This document shows positions 34,663 to 42,252 of a stretch of 64,000 bases of DNA, one piece after another; the first letter of the stretch is position 1; every line of letters starts with the position of its first letter. Source of the stretch: an uncultured Actinomycetes bacterium. Lineage in GTDB: Bacteria; Actinomycetota; Actinomycetes; Streptosporangiales; Streptosporangiaceae. Location of the stretch: positions 447,566 to 511,565 of the forward strand of contig CAVXLG010000017.1 in assembly GCA_963762615.1 (NCBI GenBank), written 5' to 3'. The notes under the pieces are model-generated. The model was not told the origin of the DNA. It ran no database searches and saw only the letters and a list, made by a program, of their open reading frames with translations. A program made the translations under genes and the position numbers.

Positions 34663-35382
34663 ATGACAACGAACAACCGCACCGCGATCATCACGGGCGC
34701 GTCCCGCGGTCTCGGTCTCGCCCTGGCCCGTGGCCTCGCGGCCGACGGCTACCGCCTCGTCGTGGACGGCAGGGACGGCGCCGCGCTGCGCGCCGCGGTG
34801 GCCGGGCTGCCCGATCCCGCAGCGGTCGCGGCGCTGCCCGGCGACGTCGCCGACCCGGCGCACCGGGCCGAGCTCGCCCGCATCGCCGGCCGGCTCGGCG
34901 GGGCCGACCTCCTGGTGAACAACGCGGGGACGCTGGGCGCCAGCCCGCTGCCCGCGCTGGCCGACTACCCGCTGGACGAGCTGCGCGCCTCGTTCGAGGT
35001 GAACGTGCTGGCCCCGATCGCGCTCACCCAGCTGCTGCTGCCCGCGCTCCGCGAACGCGGCGGCGCGGTGCTGAACATCACCTCGGACGCGGCGGTGCAG
35101 GCCTACGCGGGCTGGGGCGGCTACGGCGCCGCCAAGGCGGCGCTGGAGCAGGCCTCGAACGTGCTCGCCGCCGAGGAGAACACGCTCCGCGTGTGGTGGG
35201 TGGATCCGGGCGACATGCGCACCCGGATGCACCAGGACGCCTTCCCCGGCGAGGACATCTCGGACCGGCCGCAGCCCGGCTCGGTGATCCCGGCGCTGCG
35301 CCGGCTCATCGCCGAGCGGCCGCCCAGCGGGCGCTACCGCGCCGCGGAACTGATGCCCGCCGCGGCCCGCGGCGGGGCCTGA
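34663..35382 (+). CDS. SDR family oxidoreductase
   Basis: AIITGASRGLGLALA, LVNNAGT, YGAAKAALE. Confidence 0.85.
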   Translation: MTTNNRTAIITGASRGLGLALARGLAADGYRLVVDGRDGAALRAAVAGLPDPAAVAALPGDVADPAHRAELARIAGRLGGADLLVNNAGTLGASPLPALADYPLDELRASFEVNVLAPIALTQLLLPALRERGGAVLNITSDAAVQAYAGWGGYGAAKAALEQASNVLAAEENTLRVWWVDPGDMRTRMHQDAFPGEDISDRPQPGSVIPALRRLIAERPPSGRYRAAELMPAAARGGA

Positions 35383-35394
35383 CGGGAGACGATC

Positions 35395-36402
35395 ATGCTG
35401 ACGGAATTCGCCCTGCCCGCCGAGCTGGAGGCGCGCGAGCCCGCCGAGGCGCGCGGCGTGCCGCGCGACGGGGTGCGCATGCTGGTCAGCCGGCGCTCGG
35501 CAGGCGAGATCAGCCACCACGCGTTCGGCGACCTGCCGGGCCTGCTGCTGCCCGGCGACCTGCTCGTGGTCAACACGTCGGCTACCGTCCCGGCGGCCGT
35601 CCGCATCGGCGGCAGGCTGGCCGTGCACTTCAGCACGCCCCGGCCGAACGGGGCCTGGCTGATCGAGCTGCGGCAGCGCCGGGGCCGCGCGACCGTGCCC
35701 TACCGGGGCGGCATGCCGGGCCAGGTGCTGGACCTGCCCGGCGGGGCGGCCCTGACGCTGGAGGACCGGGTCACCGGCCGGCTGTGGCGGGCCCGGCTGT
35801 CCACGGCGGTGCTGCCTTACCTGTTCAGGCACGGCGCGCCGATCAGGTACTCCTACGTCGAGCATGACTGGCCGCTGGAGTCCTACCAGACCGTGTTCGG
35901 GACCCGGCCGGGCAGTGCCGAGATGCCGAGCGCGAGCCGCCCGTTCACCCCGGATCTGGTCACCCGCCTGGTCGCGCGGGGGATCATGATCGCGCCGCTG
36001 ACCCTGCACACCGGGGTGTCCTCGCTGGAAGGCGGCGAGGACCCCTATCCCGAGCCGTATGACGTGCCGCCCGCCACCGCCCGGCAGGTGAACCTGACCA
36101 GGTCGAGCGGCGGCCGGGTGATCGCGGTGGGCACTACCGTAGTACGCGCCCTGGAGACCGCCGGGGAGCCGGGCGGCGTGGTCACCGCGTCGGCCGGCTG
36201 GACGTCGCGCGTGGTGACGCCGGAATCCGGCCCGCGCGTGGTGGACGCGCTGTTCACCGGGCTGCACGAGCCGCGCTCCACGCACCTGCTGATGCTGACC
36301 GCGTTCGCCGGCGACGACCTGCTGAGCCGGTGCTACGCCGCGGCCACCGAACGCGGCTACCTGTGGCATGAGTTCGGCGACGTGCACCTGCTGCTCCCGT
36401 AG
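35395..36402 (+). CDS. queA: S-adenosylmethionine:tRNA ribosyltransferase-isomerase (QueA)-like protein
   Basis: LPAELEAREPAEARGVPRDGVRMLV...LPGLLLPGDLLVVNTSATVPAAV...GSAEMPSASRPFT...IAPLTLHTGVSS...GRVIAVGTTVVRALE. Confidence 0.7.
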   Translation: MLTEFALPAELEAREPAEARGVPRDGVRMLVSRRSAGEISHHAFGDLPGLLLPGDLLVVNTSATVPAAVRIGGRLAVHFSTPRPNGAWLIELRQRRGRATVPYRGGMPGQVLDLPGGAALTLEDRVTGRLWRARLSTAVLPYLFRHGAPIRYSYVEHDWPLESYQTVFGTRPGSAEMPSASRPFTPDLVTRLVARGIMIAPLTLHTGVSSLEGGEDPYPEPYDVPPATARQVNLTRSSGGRVIAVGTTVVRALETAGEPGGVVTASAGWTSRVVTPESGPRVVDALFTGLHEPRSTHLLMLTAFAGDDLLSRCYAAATERGYLWHEFGDVHLLLP

Positions 36403-36468
36403 CCGCCTGCCGCGTCGCCGGTAGTCACCGCTGTCCCGGTCTTGCCGTGCGGGTAGCGTTGCTGCGCG

Positions 36469-37680
36469 ATGAACTTTCCGCCGACAACCCTGCTCATCAC
36501 CCTCACCGGCCGCGACCGCCCGGGGGTGACCGCTCGGCTGTTCGCCGTGCTGGCCCGGCATCAGCTCGACGTGATCGACGCCGAGCAGGTGGTGATCCGC
36601 GGGCGTCTCGTGCTCGGCGTCCTGCTCGGCTGCGAGGAGCCGCCGGATCTGACCGCCATTCACCAGGCCGTCTCCGGCGTGGCGGCCGACCTCGGTCTTG
36701 ACGCCGAGATCACCGCGGGTACCGGCGATGACCCCGGGCGCCGGGGACGGCTGCACGTGACCGTCCTCGGCAGGCCGCTGACCCCGGCGGCGATCGCGGC
36801 GGTCGCCGGCCAGATCGCGGCCGGCGGGGCGAACATCGACCGGATAGGCAGGCTCGCCCGCCGCCCGGTGACCTGCATCGAGCTTGACGTGTCCGGTGCC
36901 GACCCCGCTGCGCTGCGCGCCGCGCTCACTCGCGAGGCCGTCCAGCAGGGGGTGGACGTGGCCGTCCAGCCGGGCGGGCTGCACCGGCGCGCGATGCGGC
37001 TGGTGGTCATGGACGTGGACTCCACGCTCGTGCAGGGCGAGGTGGTCAACCTGCTGGCGGCGCGCGCCGGGTGCGCGGAGCAGGTGGCCAAGCTCACCGC
37101 GGCGACCATGACCGGCCAGCTTGACTTCGCAGCCTCCGTGCGCGAGCGGGTCGCGCTGCTCGCCGGGCTGGACCAGCGGGTCCTGGACGAGGTGCGGGCT
37201 GAGCTGCGGCTCGCACCCGGCGCCCGGACGCTGATCAGGACGCTGCGCCGGCTCGGCTACCGGTGCGGAATCGTCAGCGGTGGTTTCATCCAGGTCATCG
37301 AGCCGCTCGCGGCCGAGCTCGGCATCGACTACGTGACGGCGAACACGCTGGAGATCAGCGGCGGGACCCTGACCGGGCGGCTGTCCGGCCCGGTCATCGA
37401 CCGGGCCGCGAAGGCGGATGCCCTGCGCCGGTTCGCCGGACAGGCCGGCGTACCGGTCAGCCAGGCGGTCGCCGTCGGTGACGGCGCCAACGACCTGGAC
37501 ATGATCGCCGCGGCCGGGCTAGGCGTCGCCTTCAACGCCAAGCAGGTCGTCAAGGACGCCGCCGACGCCGCGGTGAGCGTTCCGTACCTGGACTCGATCC
37601 TGTACCTGCTTGGCATCTCGCGTGAGGACGTAGAGGCCGCGGACGCCGCGGCAGCGGACGCCGCGGCCGGGCCCGGCTGA
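36469..37680 (+). CDS. serB: phosphoserine phosphatase SerB (two ACT domains + HAD domain)
   Basis: ACT: LLITLTGRDRPGVTARLFAVLA. HAD: LVVMDVDSTLVQGEV...VSGGF...AVGDGANDLDMIAAAGLGVAFNAK. Confidence 0.9.
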   Translation: MNFPPTTLLITLTGRDRPGVTARLFAVLARHQLDVIDAEQVVIRGRLVLGVLLGCEEPPDLTAIHQAVSGVAADLGLDAEITAGTGDDPGRRGRLHVTVLGRPLTPAAIAAVAGQIAAGGANIDRIGRLARRPVTCIELDVSGADPAALRAALTREAVQQGVDVAVQPGGLHRRAMRLVVMDVDSTLVQGEVVNLLAARAGCAEQVAKLTAATMTGQLDFAASVRERVALLAGLDQRVLDEVRAELRLAPGARTLIRTLRRLGYRCGIVSGGFIQVIEPLAAELGIDYVTANTLEISGGTLTGRLSGPVIDRAAKADALRRFAGQAGVPVSQAVAVGDGANDLDMIAAAGLGVAFNAKQVVKDAADAAVSVPYLDSILYLLGISREDVEAADAAAADAAAGPG

Positions 37681-37700
37681 GCACGCGGCCGCACGCTCCG

Positions 37701-37870
37701 GCCAGAGCGAGCAGCTCGAGACCTCGGTGAGCAGGCAGCCGCTGGCCGCGGCCGAGCGGACAGCCTCGTGACCTCGGCGAGCAGGCGGCAGCTGGCCGCG
37801 GCCGAGCGGACAGCCTCGTGACTTCGGCGACCAGGCGGCCTCAGGCCACGGCCGAGCGCGGCGTCCAGGA
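37701..37870. repeat. 50-bp tandem repeat, 3 full copies plus a partial leading copy, between convergent serB and the SixA-like gene
   Basis: Copies at 37721-37770, 37771-37820 and 37821-37870 (ACCTCGG[T/C]GAGCAGGC.GC.GCTGGCCGCGGCCGAGCGGACAGCCTCGTG). The third, more diverged copy contains the stop codon and last codons of the SixA-like gene. Each unit has a GC hairpin centred on GGCCGCGGCC. Confidence 0.85.
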
Positions 37871-38332
37871 CGCGTAAGCCGATCCGGCGCCCGGGACCAG
37901 CCGGACCCAGCTGCCCAGGTCGATCACCGCGATGGCACTGGTCGGGAAGCTCAGATCGCTCTGGCCGGTGAGGCTGCTGGCGATCTGCTGCGCCGCCGGA
38001 TTGTGCCCGACGACCAGCAGGGTTCGCACGTCAGCGGGCGTCTGGCCGATGACGTCCAGCGCATCGTCGTCGTCGGCCAGGTAGAGCCGAGGCTCGTACT
38101 GAACCTCGATGTCGTGCCCGGCGGGCAGCGCGCGGGCCAGCCGGTCCCACGTCTGCCGGGTGCGGCACGAGGTCGAGCACAGCACCAGGTCCGGGATCAG
38201 CCGCTGGCCGTCCAGCCACTGGCCCGCGGCGAAGGCGTCCCGCCGCCCGCGTGCGGTCAGCGGCCGCTCGGGGTCGGCGAAGCCGGGCTTGTGGGTGGCC
38301 TTCGCGTGCCGCATCACGATCAGCCGCTTCAT
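37841..38332 (-). CDS. histidine phosphatase family protein (SixA-like phosphohistidine phosphatase)
   Basis: MKRLIVMRHAKATHK...ERPLTARGRRDA...LVVGHNPA. Start is placed at the internal ATG 38332 that gives the RHA motif near the N-terminus. Confidence 0.75.
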   Translation of the reverse strand: MKRLIVMRHAKATHKPGFADPERPLTARGRRDAFAAGQWLDGQRLIPDLVLCSTSCRTRQTWDRLARALPAGHDIEVQYEPRLYLADDDDALDVIGQTPADVRTLLVVGHNPAAQQIASSLTGQSDLSFPTSAIAVIDLGSWVRLVPGAGSAYASWTPRSAVA

Positions 38333-38344
38333 CGCTGCATCATC

Positions 38345-38430
38345 CCTCGGCACTTCTCGGCGTGGCCGGCGGCCTCGGCTCTTCTCAGCCTGACCGGCCG
38401 GCCTCGGCACTTCTCGGCCTGACCGGCCGG
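38345..38430. repeat. 28-29-bp tandem repeat x 3 just upstream of the SixA-like start
   Basis: CCTCGGCACTTCTCGGC(G/C)TG(G/A)CCGGC(C)GG at 38345-38372, 38373-38401 and 38402-38430. Confidence 0.85.
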
Positions 38431-38566
38431 CCCGCCGCTCCTCCCGGCCCGGCCAGCCCGCCACCGTGGCCAAGCCGACCGACGACATCGCTGTACGGAC
38501 CCCGGCGACGTCGCCGGAGTCCGGGCAGGAGCAAGCGGCGCGCCGGATCGAGGTTTCCCCGCAGAG

Positions 38567-40990
38567 CTAGGACTTCTCGGTGCCGGCCGGGTTGCCCGCG
38601 GACGCGGTCTCGGCCGCGCTCGGGTCGGCCAGGCCCCCAGTCGCCGCCCGGCCCGGGCCGGCGATGCCCGCTGCGGCCGCATCCGGCTGCACGGCGGCGG
38701 GGCCCGCGGCACCCGGGCCCGCGGCGCCCGGACCCGGGGTGATCATGCCGGCCGAGCGGCGCTTGGAGATGACGACCGCGGCCACGATGACGATCGCGGC
38801 GCCGACGGCCACGCCGACGCGCAGCCCCACGTTGTTGTAGTAGGTCACGACGCTCGGCGCGATCAGCAGCGCAACCAGGTTCATCACCTTGATCAGCGGG
38901 TTGATGGCCGGCCCCGCCGTGTCCTTGAATGGGTCGCCGACGGTGTCGCCGATGACGGTGGCCGCGTGCGCCTCGGAGCCCTTGCCGCCGTGATTGCCGT
39001 CCTCGACCAGCTTCTTGGCGTTGTCCCAGGCACCGCCGGAGTTCGCCAGGAAGACCGCCATCAGGACGCCGACCGCGATCGCGCCTGCCAGGTACGAGCC
39101 GAGCGGAGCGTACCCGAAGGCGAAGCCCACCGCGATCGGGGTGAGGATCGCCAGGATGCCCGGCGTGGCGAGCTCGCGCAGCGAGTCCCTGGTGCAGATG
39201 TCCACCACCGCGGCATAGTCGGGCTTCTCGGTGTAGTCCATGATCCCGGGGTGGGTGCGGAACTGGTTGCGGACCTCGAGCACGACCCGCTGGGCCGCAC
39301 GGCCCACCGCCATGATCAGCAGGCCGGAGAACATGAACACCACGGCGGCGCCGATGATGACCCCGACGAGGACGTTCGGCCTGTCCACCGACACACCGAA
39401 CGTGCCGGCCAGCGCGCCGAGCTTGTCCTTGACCGTGGTGTCGAAGGCACCGAACAGGGCGGTCGCCGCCAGCACCGCCGTGGCGATCGCGATGCCCTTG
39501 GTGATCGCCTTGGTGGTGTTGCCGATCGCGTCCAGCTGGGTGAGCACCCGCGCGCCCTCGCCCTCGACGTCGCCGGACATCTCGGCGATGCCCTGCGCGT
39601 TGTCGGTCACCGGGCCGAACGAGTCCATGGTCACGATCACGCCCACCGTGGTGAGCAGGCCGGTGCCGGTCAGCGCCACGGCGAAGAAGGCGATCTGCGC
39701 GTTGTGGAACGCGAGCAGGAAGGCGCCGAACACCGCGGCGCCGATCAGCAGCGCCGCGTAGACGGCGGATTCAAGCCCGGCCGCGATCCCGGACAGGATC
39801 ACCGTCGCCGCGCCGGTCTCCGAGGCCTCGCCGATGTCACGCACCGGTTTGCGGTTGGTCTCGGTGAAGTACCCGGTCAGCAGCTGGATCGCGCTGGCAA
39901 GCACCAGCCCGATGATCACCGCGCCGATCGCGATCACCCGCGGGTTCCCGTTATAGCTGCTGATCGTGGGGTCCGTTATCCCCTTGAGCTCGCTGAACTT
40001 GGCGGGCAGGTACAAGAACGTGGCACCGATGACGAGCACGAGGGAGACGATCGCCGAGACGAAGAAGCCCCGGTTGATGGCGGTCATGCCGCTGCGGTCG
40101 CCTGCGCGCGGCGCGACCAGGAAGATCCCGATCACCGCGGTGATCACGCCGATCATCGGGACGATCAGCGGGTAGACCAGCCCGTCGTTACCGAACGCCA
40201 CCTTGCCGAGCAGCAGCGAGGCAACGAGCGTCACCGCATACGACTCGAACAGGTCGGCGGCCATGCCGGCGCAGTCGCCCACGTTGTCGCCGACGTTGTC
40301 GGCGATGGTGGCCGCGTTCCTCGGGTCGTCCTCGGGGATGTTCTTCTCCACCTTGCCGACCAGGTCCGCGCCCACGTCCGCGGCCTTGGTGAAGATGCCG
40401 CCGCCGACACGCATGAACATCGCGAGCAGCGCGGCGCCGAAGCCGAAGCCTTCCAGCACGCTCGGCGCGTTCCCCTTGAAGATGAGCACCACGATCGCCG
40501 CGCCGAACAGGCCGAGGCCGACGGTGAACATTCCGGCCACGCCGCCGGTGCGGAAGGCGATCCGCATCGCCCGGCGTTCGCCGCTTTCCTTCGCCGCGGC
40601 GGCGACCCGCACGTTGCCCCGGACCGTCAGCGACATGCCGGTGAACCCCGTCAGGCCCGAGAACAGGGCGCCGACCAGGAAGAATATGCTACGGCCCCAG
40701 CGCACTTCGGTATCGACGGCCGGCAGCAGCAGGAGCACGAAGAAGATCAGGACCACGAAGATGCCCAGCGTCCTGAACTGGCGCTTCAGGTAGGCGGCGG
40801 CGCCCTGCTGGACGGCCAGCGAGATCTCCTGCATCTTCGCCGTGCCCTTGCTGGCCGCGAGCACCTCCCGCACCAGCCAGCCGGCTACCGCGAGTGCCAG
40901 CAAGGCGACCACCGCGACGACAACCACCCAGGTGAGGTTGGCGCCGTGCAGGGCAACCCCCGCGGACGCAGCGAGGTTGTGCCTAAACAT
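38567..40990 (-). CDS. hppA: membrane-bound proton-translocating pyrophosphatase
   Basis: ATG at 40990 after AAGGAGGACGG. GGIFTKAADVGADLVGKVE, DNVGDNVGDCAGMAADLFESY, GGAWDNAKK, TVIGDTVGDPFKDTAGP. Ala/Gly/Pro-rich C-terminal tail. Confidence 0.9.
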   Translation of the reverse strand: MFRHNLAASAGVALHGANLTWVVVVAVVALLALAVAGWLVREVLAASKGTAKMQEISLAVQQGAAAYLKRQFRTLGIFVVLIFFVLLLLPAVDTEVRWGRSIFFLVGALFSGLTGFTGMSLTVRGNVRVAAAAKESGERRAMRIAFRTGGVAGMFTVGLGLFGAAIVVLIFKGNAPSVLEGFGFGAALLAMFMRVGGGIFTKAADVGADLVGKVEKNIPEDDPRNAATIADNVGDNVGDCAGMAADLFESYAVTLVASLLLGKVAFGNDGLVYPLIVPMIGVITAVIGIFLVAPRAGDRSGMTAINRGFFVSAIVSLVLVIGATFLYLPAKFSELKGITDPTISSYNGNPRVIAIGAVIIGLVLASAIQLLTGYFTETNRKPVRDIGEASETGAATVILSGIAAGLESAVYAALLIGAAVFGAFLLAFHNAQIAFFAVALTGTGLLTTVGVIVTMDSFGPVTDNAQGIAEMSGDVEGEGARVLTQLDAIGNTTKAITKGIAIATAVLAATALFGAFDTTVKDKLGALAGTFGVSVDRPNVLVGVIIGAAVVFMFSGLLIMAVGRAAQRVVLEVRNQFRTHPGIMDYTEKPDYAAVVDICTRDSLRELATPGILAILTPIAVGFAFGYAPLGSYLAGAIAVGVLMAVFLANSGGAWDNAKKLVEDGNHGGKGSEAHAATVIGDTVGDPFKDTAGPAINPLIKVMNLVALLIAPSVVTYYNNVGLRVGVAVGAAIVIVAAVVISKRRSAGMITPGPGAAGPGAAGPAAVQPDAAAAGIAGPGRAATGGLADPSAAETASAGNPAGTEKS

Positions 40991-41231
40991 CCGTCCTCCT
41001 TGACAGGGGCGCAACGGACTCCCGCGCACAGGCCGGCCGTGGGGATCACCGTGCGCCCGGGTGAGCACCCGCCAGACAGGTACCTGCGGTGCCACGGGGC
41101 AGTGGCGGGAGTTTACGCAGACAGGAACCCCCATGATAAAGCCGGGGTGATTCCTAACCATACCGCGACCATTTCGTTACATTAAAGAGACCTCATAGCA
41201 ATCACGACGTCTCTGGCCGGACGGTTCCGGG

Positions 41232-41716
41232 CTATGGCTCGCGAGCCGACGAAGGCCAGCTCATGGACACGCTGATGCCTGCGGGCGTCCGGGTAATCCT
41301 GACGTCGTCGGCCAGTTCCGCGATCACCGCGAGCCCGAAACCGTCTTGCAGGCCATGGCCGTTGGCGGCCGACAGACCGACATCGCCGGTGCCGCCGGCC
41401 GGGAGCCGGCCTCGCCAGGCTCCTCGTCACCGGGCTCGGTCACCCCGCTGGCGGGCGCGTCATCACCGGGCGCCGAGTCGGTCACCACGACCTCGAAACG
41501 CCCTGGCGAATCGGTCAGCTCGATCTTGACCGGCTCGGCCGGGCAGTGCTGCCGGTGCGCCTCGACCGCGAGTGAGCAGGCCTCGCCGACCGCCAACCGG
41601 ACCTCGTCGAGCAGTGAGTCTGCCACTCCGCTCCGCCTCGCGACGGCCACGGCCACCAGGCGTGCCGTGCGGACGTGCGCGGGTAGCGGCGTGAAGGCAA
41701 CTTCCACCAATGCCAT
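41232..41716 (-). pseudogene. anti-sigma factor / partner-switching serine kinase (ApgA/RsbW-like), interrupted by one frameshift in 41388-41426; may be an assembly error
   Basis: Frame A: MALVEVAFTPLPAHVRTARLVAVAVARRSGV...DEVRLAVGEACS. The conserved C-terminus GFGLAVIAELADDVRITRTPAGISVSMSWP (stop at 41232-41234) is in a different frame. Confidence 0.75.
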
Positions 41717-41735
41717 CAGGGGAGCCGGATACTCG

Positions 41736-42087
41736 CTATTTCTCAGACTTCCTGGCCTTGATCGCTTCCTCGACCGTGTCGTGGATGCCGAAGACCTTGG
41801 TAAGACCGGTGATGCGGAAGATCTTGAGGATCCGCTCCTGCCTGCAGACCAGAATCCAGCGAGCCATCGTGAGCCCGAACGCGCTTGAGCCCGCCGACGA
41901 GCACGCCGAGGCCGGTCGAGTCGAGGAATTCCACCTTCTCCATGTTCACGACGAGCTGATAGTCGCCCTTGTTCACCAGTTCGATCAGAAGCTCACGCAG
42001 TCGGGGCGCGGTGTATACATCGATCTCGCCCTCCACGTCGACGACCCTGATCCCGTCCTTCATGTGGTCATCCAGCTTCAGATCCAC
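41736..42087 (-). pseudogene. STAS-domain anti-sigma factor antagonist (BldG/RsbV-like), interrupted by one 1-nt insertion at 41850-41857; may be an assembly error
   Basis: MDLKLDDH...[24 protein letters not shown]...[25 protein letters not shown], then after removing one T: [38 protein letters not shown]. Confidence 0.85.
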
Positions 42088-42252
42088 AAATCCTCCACGC
42101 CATGCAGCCTTCCCTGATCAGCCGAGCAGGGTACCCCCGGGCGCCCCGGGAGTGAGTCTGTCCCGTCGGGCATTCAACCACTCTCCGATGTCATGCTTAC
42201 ACGAATCTGTGCGGCCGGGCAGCTTTTGCCAGGCATGGCAGACTGAAATTCG

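Noticed and set aside
34594-36984. 796-aa ORF on the minus strand
   Set aside because: It is antisense to the SDR, queA-like and serB genes. Low-complexity Arg/Gly/Pro composition.
37701-37870. Possible CRISPR array (the same question applies to 11716-11925, 48027-48146 and 57601-57738)
   Set aside because: The repeats are directly adjacent with no unique spacers, only 2.5-3.5 copies are present, and no cas genes are in the window. These are plain tandem repeats.
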